A stretch of DNA of 32,000 nt, from NCBI RefSeq assembly GCF_000482745.1, contig NZ_AXWQ01000007.1:122865-154864 (forward strand), in the 5' to 3' direction. The DNA comes from Oleidesulfovibrio alaskensis DSM 16109. Lineage in GTDB: Bacteria; Desulfobacterota; Desulfovibrionia; Desulfovibrionales; Desulfovibrionaceae. The position numbers and the translations under genes are program-made. This document shows positions 24,997 through 32,000 of the stretch, piece after piece. Below the pieces are notes generated by a model. It did no database searches. It saw only the letters and a program-made list of their open reading frames with translations, and was not told the DNA's origin. Numbering within the stretch: position 1 is the stretch's first letter; each line of letters starts with the position of its first letter.

Positions 24997-26369
24997 ATGG
25001 ACAGCAGAATGTGATACGCATTGACAGCGATATATGCACGGGCTGCGGCCGGTGCAAAGATGTCTGCCCCGTGGGGGCGGTGGAAGGGGTGCAGGGGACG
25101 CCGCACAGTATCAGAGAGGATGTCTGCGTATTGTGCGGGCAGTGCGTGCAGCAGTGCAGTGCTTTTGCCTCTTTTTACGAACAGCACCCTGCCTGCATTG
25201 CCGAAAAGAAGCGGGAAAGAGGCCTTTTTGTTTCGGAGGCAGCACCGCTTTTTGCCGCATGGCACACGGGGGATGCACCGCGGGTGGCCAGTCGTCTGGC
25301 AGAAGGCTGCCACAGCATGGTTCAGTGTGCGCCAGCCGTGCGTGCTGCCATCGGCGAAGAGTTCGGTATGCCTGCGGGGGCGCTGACCCCCGGAAGGCTG
25401 GCCGCAGCATTGCGCAGGCTGGGATTCGACAGGGTTTACGACACCAATTTTGCAGCCGACCTGACCATAATGGAAGAGGGCAGTGAGCTGCTGCAGCGTA
25501 TGGAAGGCGCCGGACCGCTGCCCATGTTCACGTCGTGTTGCCCCGCATGGGTCCGTTATGCCGAACAGCAGTTCCCCGACCTGCTGGAACATCTTTCATC
25601 CTGCAAGTCTCCGCAGCAGATGGCCGGAGCCGTTTTCAAGTCGTACGGGGCGCAGCTGGACGGTGTGGACCCGCGGCAGGTTTTCAGCGTGGCGGTGATG
25701 CCCTGTACCTGCAAAAAGGCAGAAGCGCAGAGACCCGGGATGGAGCATGACGGGGTGCGTGATGTGGATGCGGTGCTGACCACCGGCGAGCTTGCGGCCA
25801 TGCTGCGTCAGGCGCACATAGATTTTGCCGCTTTGCCCGACGAGCCGTTTGACCGGCCTTTGGGCAGCTACTCAGGTGCCGGGAACATTTTCGGACTGAC
25901 CGGCGGAGTGATGGAAGCCGCGCTGCGTACTGCCTATGAACTGGTGACCGGAGAACCCGTGCCCTGCACGGAACTGGTGTATGTGCGGGGCGGCGAAGGA
26001 ATCCGGCACGCAACCCTGACCATGGACGGCCGCACCTTCCGCGTGGCTGTGGTGGCCGGATTGCAGCATGTGCGTCCGCTGCTGGAAGCCGTGCGCGCGG
26101 GTACCTGTGATGTGAATTTTGTGGAGGTGATGTGCTGCCCGCAGGGCTGCATAAGCGGCGGGGGCCAGCCCAAAGTGCTGCTGCCTTTTCAGCGGGATGA
26201 GGTGTATGCCGCGCGCAAGGCGGCGCTGTACCGCCACGATGCCGAGCTTGCCTGCCGCAAATCGCATGAAAATCCGCAGGTGCAGGCGTTGTACCGTGAG
26301 TTTCTGGGCGAACCTCTGGGCCATGTTTCGCACAGTCTGCTGCATACTGTTTACGGCCAGACGCGTTAG
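24993..26369 (+). CDS. hydA: [FeFe]-hydrogenase catalytic subunit (two N-terminal ferredoxin-type clusters plus H-domain), cytoplasmic
   Basis: 458 aa. All three H-cluster signatures are present: FTSCCPAWV (L1), MPCTCKKAE (L2) and EVMCCPQGCISGGGQP (L3). N-terminal motifs are CTGCGRCKDVCP and CVLCGQCVQQC. No signal peptide. ATGA overlap with the upstream gene at 24993-24996. Confidence 0.92.
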   Translation: MNGQQNVIRIDSDICTGCGRCKDVCPVGAVEGVQGTPHSIREDVCVLCGQCVQQCSAFASFYEQHPACIAEKKRERGLFVSEAAPLFAAWHTGDAPRVASRLAEGCHSMVQCAPAVRAAIGEEFGMPAGALTPGRLAAALRRLGFDRVYDTNFAADLTIMEEGSELLQRMEGAGPLPMFTSCCPAWVRYAEQQFPDLLEHLSSCKSPQQMAGAVFKSYGAQLDGVDPRQVFSVAVMPCTCKKAEAQRPGMEHDGVRDVDAVLTTGELAAMLRQAHIDFAALPDEPFDRPLGSYSGAGNIFGLTGGVMEAALRTAYELVTGEPVPCTELVYVRGGEGIRHATLTMDGRTFRVAVVAGLQHVRPLLEAVRAGTCDVNFVEVMCCPQGCISGGGQPKVLLPFQRDEVYAARKAALYRHDAELACRKSHENPQVQALYREFLGEPLGHVSHSLLHTVYGQTR

Positions 26370-26379
26370 GGAGGCTAAG

Positions 26380-26874
26380 ATGAATGCTTTTATTGTGGCG
26401 GACCCGCACCGGTGCATCGGGTGTGCCGCGTGCGAGGTGGCGTGTGCCGCGGCGGCGGCAGGTCAGTCCGTGTTTGCCCCCGGGGGACAGTCAGCCGTAT
26501 TCAGCCCCCGGCTGCATCTGGTGGCGGAAGCTGCGGTTACAGCGCCGGTGCAGTGCCGGCAATGCGCCGATGCTCCCTGTGCGGCAATTTGTCCGCGCGG
26601 AGCCATACGGATGGCGGAGGGCGTGGTCACCGTGGACAGCGGGCTGTGCATCGGCTGCAAAATGTGCATGGTGGCGTGTCCGGTGGGGGCCATTGAGGTG
26701 CGGGGCGGCAGGGCGTCCAAGTGCCAGCTGTGCACGGACCGTCCGGAAGGTCCGGCCTGTATGCAGGTGTGCCCTGCGGAAGCATTTACGCTGGTGCGTG
26801 CGCAAACCCTGCGCGCCGAACTGGTGCGCCGCAGAGCGGCCGGATTATGCCCGGCTGCTGATGCGCGGCCCTGA
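26380..26874 (+). CDS. hycB: Second HycB/HydN-like poly-ferredoxin (four [4Fe-4S] binding motifs)
   Basis: 164 aa. Cys motifs CIGCAACEVAC, CRQCADAPCAAICP, CIGCKMCMVACP and CQLC...CMQVCP. ATG 26380 follows GGGAGG (26369-26374); the track start at 26197 lies inside hydA. Confidence 0.85.
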   Translation: MNAFIVADPHRCIGCAACEVACAAAAAGQSVFAPGGQSAVFSPRLHLVAEAAVTAPVQCRQCADAPCAAICPRGAIRMAEGVVTVDSGLCIGCKMCMVACPVGAIEVRGGRASKCQLCTDRPEGPACMQVCPAEAFTLVRAQTLRAELVRRRAAGLCPAADARP

Positions 26875-26920
26875 CAGTAGGTCGGGCTGTAATGCCGGAT
26901 GCTGTCTGATGTGCATTGAA

Positions 26921-26954
26921 CGCCGTATCCTGTAAAAGGATACGGCGTTTTTTT
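26921..26954 (+). terminator. Rho-independent terminator of the fdhF-hycB-hydA-hycB operon
   Basis: Perfect 10-bp stem cgccgtatcc (26921-26930) / ggatacggcg (26938-26947), 7-nt loop, then 7 T (26948-26954). Confidence 0.8.
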
Positions 26955-26981
26955 ATTTGCGGCCGGTAGGGTGCGGCAGGG

Positions 26982-28082
26982 TTACCAGACTGTGCCGGAC
27001 AGGGCGTCGCCGATAAGTTTTTCCATACGGGTGCGGAAAAACGGGGCATCCCATGCGGCAGCATGTGCGGCGATGTCAGCGGCTGAAAAGTCCACCCCGC
27101 TGGATTCAAAGCGGCTGATGGCTTCTGCCAGACATTGCGCGGTCTGCTGCCCGAAAAACAGTCCCGTGCGGTTGTCCTGCACCGTTTCCAGCGCGCCGCC
27201 TCTGCCGTAGGCGATGACAGGAGCGCCTGAAGCCATGGCTTCCAGCGGTATGATGCCGAAGTCTTCCGTTCCGGGAAAAAGGAGTGCCTTGCAGCGGGAG
27301 TAGTGGTCTGCAAGTACGTTGTCCGGCTGGCGCCCCATGATGTGCACCGTAGGGCCGGCCATGCGGCGCAGCATCGGTTCCATGGAGCCGCCGCCTATGA
27401 CGACAAGGGGTTTTGCCAGCGCGTTGCAGGCCTGCACGGCAAGCTCGGGCCGCTTGTAGGGTGCCAGTTCGCCGGCATACAGATAAAAATCGTCGCGTTG
27501 TGGAGAGTATGAAAACTGTTTTACATTCACAGGAGGATGTATAATGCGGCTTGCCCGCCTGTAGCATTTGTCAATGCGTTTTGCTACGTACTGCGAATTG
27601 GCGGCAAAGCGGTCAACCCTGTCTGCTGATGCTCTGTCCCACAGGCGCAGGTAATGCATCACGGGTGCAGCTAAAAGACGCTTTATCCGGCCGCTCTGCT
27701 CCATATAGTCGTGATACATGTCCCACACATACCGCATGGGGCTGTGGCAATAGCACAGATGCAGTGTGTCAGGCGAGGTTATTATTCCTTTGGCAGGTCC
27801 GGATTCGCTGGAAATGACCAGATCATAGCCGCGCAGGTCCAGCTGTTCGAGAGCCAGAGGCATGAGCGGCAGGTAGTACTGGTACAGTCTGCGCGCGCGG
27901 GGCAGACGCCCGATGAACGATGTGTGTATGCGGTGGCGGGTAATGACGGAAGACGCGAACTGCGCGGGGTCGTACATATGCGTGTAGATATCCGCATGGG
28001 GAAACATGTGGCAGAGTTCTTCAAGAACCCGCTCCCCCCCGCGTCTGTTGACCAGCCAGTAATGTACAAGTGCAGTTTTCAC
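26982..28082 (-). CDS. Glycosyltransferase family 4 (group 1, retaining GT-B)
   Basis: 366 aa. N-terminus typical of this subgroup (MKTALVHYWLVNRRGGERVLEEL) and a C-terminal E-x7-E region (FPGTEDFGIIPLEAMASGAPVIAYGRGGALETV). Confidence 0.85.
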   Translation of the reverse strand: MKTALVHYWLVNRRGGERVLEELCHMFPHADIYTHMYDPAQFASSVITRHRIHTSFIGRLPRARRLYQYYLPLMPLALEQLDLRGYDLVISSESGPAKGIITSPDTLHLCYCHSPMRYVWDMYHDYMEQSGRIKRLLAAPVMHYLRLWDRASADRVDRFAANSQYVAKRIDKCYRRASRIIHPPVNVKQFSYSPQRDDFYLYAGELAPYKRPELAVQACNALAKPLVVIGGGSMEPMLRRMAGPTVHIMGRQPDNVLADHYSRCKALLFPGTEDFGIIPLEAMASGAPVIAYGRGGALETVQDNRTGLFFGQQTAQCLAEAISRFESSGVDFSAADIAAHAAAWDAPFFRTRMEKLIGDALSGTVW

Positions 28083-28187
28083 AAAGCATATATACCGGTT
28101 GTGATGATGTGAGTCCAGTGCGGACTATACAAAAAGTCTTATAGATGCTAGTGCGCTGAACGTTATACCCGACTGTTGGAGTCTTCG

Positions 28188-29546
28188 ATGCAAGAGACCG
28201 GTTCGTCTGATATGCGACATGTTTTGTGCCGGAAAGGGGGCTGGGCACGCGCTGCCGCTTTTTCCGCGTCTGCTCTGCGCCGGCTGAAAGTCTGGCTCGG
28301 GCAGGAAAAGATTGTGGCGCAATCGTATGCCCTGCTGCGTGTTGTTTTTTTTGCCGGTTGTCTGCTTTTTCCGCTGGGCAAGGCGTTTCAGGTGGGTGCC
28401 GGTGTTGCCGGACTTGTTCTGCTGGCGGCGTATTACACCGGCGGGTATGCCCGTTCCAATCTGGCCCGTCTGCCGTTCCGCTGGATTTTCGCAGTTTTTT
28501 TCCTCTACCCGTTTGCCGCGACGATTTTTTCGCAGTGGCCGGGGCACAGCTTCGGCTACACACGACATATTCTGCATGAATCTCTTGTGTTTTTTTTCAT
28601 GGGACTGGAATGCATCAGGTCGCCCCGTGACATGCGCACGGCGGGCGTGTGTCTGCTGCTGGCAGTATTCGGGCAGGGGGCCGACGGCATATGGCAGTTT
28701 GTGACGGGATACGATCTGGTCAAGGGTACCCCCGTAACTGTTGACGGCAGACTGACAGGGTCCATGGGGACATACCGCGTGGGCAATTATCTGGCCATCG
28801 CCATGGTGCCGGCACTGCTCACGTTCTGGGCTCTGCCCCGAAGCCTGTCCGTCCGGTGGCGCAGCCTGTTTGTGGCCGCTGTTTCCGTCCCTCCGTTTTT
28901 TGTGCTGGTCATGTCGCAGACGCGCAGCGCCATGCTGGGGCTTGCCGGTGCGTTATACTGCTATGCCGTGCTCTGTCTGCGTGTGCACCGCAGGCTGCTG
29001 ATGGTGCCGCCTGTGCTGCTCGGTATTCTGCTGCTGGCAGGGCCGGACAGAATCCGTCTGTCCACCGCGCTGCGTGACGGCCGCTGGGAGCTGTGGGAAG
29101 CGGCATGGCGTATCTTCCGCGAGCATATGTGGTTCGGCACGGGAGCAAGCACTTTCAATCCGGCGTTTAACAGCATGGGCATAACGCTTGTCATCAATGA
29201 CAACACCATTCCGCATCCGCATGGTATTTTTGTACAGTTTCTTTCAGATGGCGGCATTGCGGGTTTTCTGCTGCTTGCCGGTGTTCTGGCGGGTATAGGT
29301 TTTATCTGGTGCGGCATCCGGGTATGGAAAGGTGTCCGTGCGGCAGACGTGGATGAAATCCGCTACTGGCGTATGGCCGGTCTGTTGTGGGCGGGGTTTG
29401 CCGCATATCTCGGAACCGGTGTGTTCGGCCATAATTTTTACCGGACATGGTGGCTTGCCATGGGACTTATGATGTTCGGGTGTATCATGGGAGCGGTGGT
29501 TTCCGCCGGCAGGTGCACCCGCGGGGAGGCTGTGCCCCATGAATGA
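28188..29546 (+). CDS. O-antigen ligase / polymerase family (Wzy_C domain) polytopic membrane protein
   Basis: About 452 aa with about 10-12 predicted TM segments. The periplasmic-loop region has the family-like pattern (VMSQTRSAMLGLAGAL ... WEAAWRIFREHMWFGTGASTF ... HPHGIFVQFLSDGGIAGF). I chose ATG 28188; the track start at 28176 is a TTG. Confidence 0.75.
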   Translation: MQETGSSDMRHVLCRKGGWARAAAFSASALRRLKVWLGQEKIVAQSYALLRVVFFAGCLLFPLGKAFQVGAGVAGLVLLAAYYTGGYARSNLARLPFRWIFAVFFLYPFAATIFSQWPGHSFGYTRHILHESLVFFFMGLECIRSPRDMRTAGVCLLLAVFGQGADGIWQFVTGYDLVKGTPVTVDGRLTGSMGTYRVGNYLAIAMVPALLTFWALPRSLSVRWRSLFVAAVSVPPFFVLVMSQTRSAMLGLAGALYCYAVLCLRVHRRLLMVPPVLLGILLLAGPDRIRLSTALRDGRWELWEAAWRIFREHMWFGTGASTFNPAFNSMGITLVINDNTIPHPHGIFVQFLSDGGIAGFLLLAGVLAGIGFIWCGIRVWKGVRAADVDEIRYWRMAGLLWAGFAAYLGTGVFGHNFYRTWWLAMGLMMFGCIMGAVVSAGRCTRGEAVPHE

Positions 29547-30939
29547 GGGATGTACGCTGCAGGGCTGTTGCCGGCTGATGACTTCCGGCATGCGTATGAC
29601 GCTGCTGATGCTGGCATCGGATATCTTTGCACTGGTCTGCGCCATCGGGGCCGCTGTGGTGGTCCGGTATCTGTTTGACGGGCAGTTTCATCTTTCCTTT
29701 TATCTGCGGTGTGCGCCGGTGGTGGTGTTTTTTCTGGCGGCATATGCCATGCGCGGGCTTTATCCCGGAGTACTGGTGGCTCCTCATGAGGAACTGAAAA
29801 GCCTAACACTGGGTACCACATTGATTTTCTTCTTTCTCATCACCACCACCTTTTTTTTCAAAGCCAGTGAAGAATTTTCGCGTCTGGTGATGCTGGGCGG
29901 ATGGCTGGGGTCGGTCATTCTGGTGCCGTTCTGCCGTATTGCCGTGCGCCGGCGGTTTTCACGCCGGCCGTGGTGGGGGATTCCCGCCGTGATATGGGGG
30001 GCAGGAGCCGACGCCGACACATTGGCCGGGCGCTTCAGTAAAGACCGGCGGCAGGGGATCAGCGTGCTTGGCACGGTGCAGCCCGATGATGCAGGCGATG
30101 ACCGCCTGCAGCCGCTGAGAGAGTACGCCGCCATGCGACCGCAGCCCATGCTGGTGTGCACGCCTGAAAGTCGCGATTTGTTTTTTTCCGACGAGGTGCT
30201 GCGTATCGAGGAATTGTTTGAGCGGACGCTGGTCATGCCGCCCAAGGCTTTCGATGCACTTAATGTTCAGGTGCGCGATGTGGGGGGTGTGCTTTTTTTC
30301 CAGATGCAGACCAAACTGCTCGACCCTGTGCGCCAGCGGCTTAAGCGGGCACTGGACCTGACGGTCATCATGCTGGCGCTGCCCGTGCTGCTGCCGGTCA
30401 TGGCGGTGCTGGCCGCCGCGGTGCGTCTGGAAGGGGGCGGACCGGTCTTTTATTCACAGCCGCGCATCGGACGGTGGGGCAGACACTTCAGAATCATCAA
30501 GTTCCGGACCATGGTGTGCAATGCGGATACGGTGCTGCAGCAGCATCTGGCGCAGCACCCCGAACTGGCCGAAGAATGGGCTGAAAATCAGAAGCTGCGC
30601 TGTGATCCGCGTATAACCGCCATTGGCGGCTTTTTGCGGCGTACCAGTCTGGACGAACTGCCGCAGCTGCTTAATGTGCTGCGTGGTGAAATGAGTCTGG
30701 TGGGGCCCCGGCCCATAGTGGATGCGGAAGTACCGCGTTATGGCGAGGCGTTTGAACTGTACAAGCGCACTCTGCCGGGCATTTCAGGCTTGTGGCAGAT
30801 ATCCGGACGCAATGACACGACATATGAAGAGCGTGTGATGCTGGATACCTATTATTCACGCAACTGGTCGGTGTGGATGGATCTGCATGTGCTTTCACGC
30901 ACATTGTGGGTGGTTATTAAACGCAGCGGTGCATACTAG
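29539..30939 (+). CDS. wbaP: Polyprenyl-phosphate hexose-1-phosphate transferase (WbaP-like initiating bacterial sugar transferase)
   Basis: 466 aa. N-terminal TM bundle plus a C-terminal bacterial sugar-transferase domain ([57 protein letters not shown] ... [21 protein letters not shown] ... [13 protein letters not shown]). It overlaps the upstream gene by 8 nt. Confidence 0.88.
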   Translation: MNEGCTLQGCCRLMTSGMRMTLLMLASDIFALVCAIGAAVVVRYLFDGQFHLSFYLRCAPVVVFFLAAYAMRGLYPGVLVAPHEELKSLTLGTTLIFFFLITTTFFFKASEEFSRLVMLGGWLGSVILVPFCRIAVRRRFSRRPWWGIPAVIWGAGADADTLAGRFSKDRRQGISVLGTVQPDDAGDDRLQPLREYAAMRPQPMLVCTPESRDLFFSDEVLRIEELFERTLVMPPKAFDALNVQVRDVGGVLFFQMQTKLLDPVRQRLKRALDLTVIMLALPVLLPVMAVLAAAVRLEGGGPVFYSQPRIGRWGRHFRIIKFRTMVCNADTVLQQHLAQHPELAEEWAENQKLRCDPRITAIGGFLRRTSLDELPQLLNVLRGEMSLVGPRPIVDAEVPRYGEAFELYKRTLPGISGLWQISGRNDTTYEERVMLDTYYSRNWSVWMDLHVLSRTLWVVIKRSGAY

Positions 30940-30968
30940 CTGCGGTTTTGCATGCGGACTGTGACAAG

Positions 30969-30996
30969 CCCCGCCGGTAACCGGCGGGGTTTTTTT
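30969..30996 (+). terminator. Rho-independent terminator after the wbaP-like gene
   Basis: Perfect 9-bp stem ccccgccgg (30969-30977) / ccggcgggg (30981-30989), loop taa, then 7 T (30990-30996). Confidence 0.8.
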
Positions 30997-31435
30997 CGTG
31001 GTGCGGCAGTCTGACCGGATGCGTTGTCCGGCAGGCGTGCTGCAACGTACGCTGCGCACTGTGCTGTACACTATGCGCCATGGCACGCCGTTTTCTTCTC
31101 CCCGCTGTGCAGGCGCAACTCCGCACGGTGTCAGAGTTCTTTCCGGCTTTTTCAGATGCTCCGGTGCAGCGGACGTGGCCGTCCGGCATGGCAGGAGAGC
31201 TTTGCGGCGGGTGCGGAGGCTGTGCGGTCTGCCTGCAGCATTCCGGAACTGTGGTATGTGCCTGCAGCATCCTGTCATGTTTTGTGCTGGCGGCAGTATG
31301 GCTGTGTACGCGTACCGCCCGCAGTCATGCATATGCCGTCCGCATGCCTGCACCTGCAGCCCGGCACAGACGTTTTTAGCGTAATACCCGCAATGGTCTT
31401 GCCGCGGGCACCATCTGCACGGGCGTATCTTCGGG

Positions 31436-31464
31436 TTGACTCTGAGATTGGTTTTCAATATCAG
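31436..31464 (+). promoter_or_regulatory. Candidate sigma70-type promoter for the AAA+ ATPase gene
   Basis: TTGACT (31436-31441), 17-nt spacer, TATCAG (31459-31464), in a locally AT-richer stretch about 80 nt upstream of ATG 31543. Based on sequence match only. Confidence 0.3.
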
Positions 31465-31542
31465 TCTTGAAAGAAGAACGTCCGCCTTTGAGGTCGCCGT
31501 GTGTTCTTCAGTTGAAAATGAAATTTATAGTCAGGAGGCGCA

Positions 31543-32000
31543 ATGCGTCCTACGGAAATAAAAAAGGCTCTGGAGCTGCTTGTTCCTCTCGGGCAGCCCG
31601 CCTTTGTATGGGGTGCCCCCGGAGTGGGAAAAAGTCAGATTGTGGCCCAGACAGCCCGCCTGCTCGGCCGCGAACTGGTGGACCTGCGGGCGGTTCTGCT
31701 CGATCCTGTGGATCTGCGCGGCATTCCCAAGATAGGGCAGGATGATGTGGCCCGCTGGTGTCCGCCCTCGTTTCTTCCCCGCTGCGGCAGCGGCATTCTT
31801 TTTCTGGACGAGCTTAACGCGGCACCGCCGCTTGTTCAGGCGGCCTGTTATCAGCTGGTGCTGGACAGAAAGCTGGGTGAATACGAACTGCCCGCGGGGT
31901 GGACTGTTGTTGCCGCGGGTAACCGCGAGTCTGACAGGGCGGTCACGCACAGAATGCCTTCCGCCCTTGCCAACAGGTTTGTCCATCTCGATTTCGAGCC
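31543..32000 (+). CDS. AAA+ ATPase, MoxR/CobS-like (AAA_5-type), N-terminal part; 3' end lies outside the window
   Basis: Absent from the ORF track because no stop is reached. My translation from ATG 31543 (AGGAGG RBS at 31533-31538) is MRPTEIKKALELLVPLGQPAFVWGAPGVGKSQIV...GILFLDELNAAPPLVQAACYQLVLDRKLGEYELPAGWTVVAAGNRESDRAV...LANRFVHLDFE. It has Walker A GAPGVGKS, Walker B ILFLDELN and a sensor-1-like AAGN. Confidence 0.8.
   Translation, partial: MRPTEIKKALELLVPLGQPAFVWGAPGVGKSQIVAQTARLLGRELVDLRAVLLDPVDLRGIPKIGQDDVARWCPPSFLPRCGSGILFLDELNAAPPLVQAACYQLVLDRKLGEYELPAGWTVVAAGNRESDRAVTHRMPSALANRFVHLDFE

Noticed and set aside
31080-31379. Cys-rich 99-aa ORF (CGGCGGCAVC... followed by a hydrophobic segment), vaguely reminiscent of RseC-type or small metal-binding membrane proteins.
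   Set aside because: By my hand count third-position G+C is only about 58 percent, clearly lower than in neighbouring real genes. There is no convincing RBS, and overlapping ORFs of similar length exist in other frames and on the other strand. It is mentioned under the spacer finding as something to test, not called as a gene.
1-32000. Search for CRISPR arrays, tRNA/rRNA genes, IS elements, integrases and toxin-antitoxin pairs.
   Set aside because: - No regularly spaced direct repeats.
- No tRNA-like T-arm/acceptor patterns in the intergenic regions.
- No transposase or integrase-like ORFs.
- No small paired ORFs with TA-like features.

Overview
High-GC chromosomal window with about 27 protein-coding genes. 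I found no rRNA, tRNA, CRISPR array, transposase or integrase. The gene content (Sec-containing formate dehydrogenase, [FeFe]-hydrogenase, 2-oxoacid:ferredoxin oxidoreductase, dCache chemoreceptor) suggests an anaerobic Desulfovibrionaceae-like bacterium; this is inference only.

Layout:
- 1-7043 (+): the tail of an Opp/Dpp-type ABC importer (permease end plus fused double ATPase). It is joined by 1-4 nt start/stop overlaps to a six-gene TonB2-type set: DUF3450/TtpB-like, large MotA-family TtpC-like, ExbB, ExbD, TonB and a TPR TtpD-like protein.
- 7434-10543 (-): a dCache methyl-accepting chemotaxis protein downstream of an orphan family-3 solute-binding protein.
- 10917-13965 (+): an NhaC-family transporter and a cytoplasmic sulfatase-fold enzyme. 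Its formylglycine position is Thr (T-I-P-V-R instead of C/S-x-P-x-R).
- 14036-21548 (+): a Crp/Fnr regulator, a CPHC thioredoxin, a TrxB-like reductase lacking the NADPH HRRxxxR motif, a small ORF coupled to a fused IorA-IorB 2-oxoacid:ferredoxin oxidoreductase, then an ADP-forming acyl-CoA synthetase.
- 21549-22246: a roughly 700 bp ORF-poor leader.
- 22247-26874 (+): selenocysteine FdhF (the ORF track splits it at an in-frame UGA that has an fdhF-like SECIS hairpin), HycB-like, [FeFe]-hydrogenase HydA, HycB-like. This is a soluble HDCR / formate-hydrogenlyase-type module and is my top candidate.
- 26982-30939: envelope glycan genes (GT4 glycosyltransferase, O-antigen ligase/polymerase family, WbaP-like initiating transferase).
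- 30997-32000: an ORF-poor spacer, then the 5' part of a MoxR/CobS-like AAA+ ATPase that runs off the window.

The many long ORFs antisense to these genes are high-GC artefacts.
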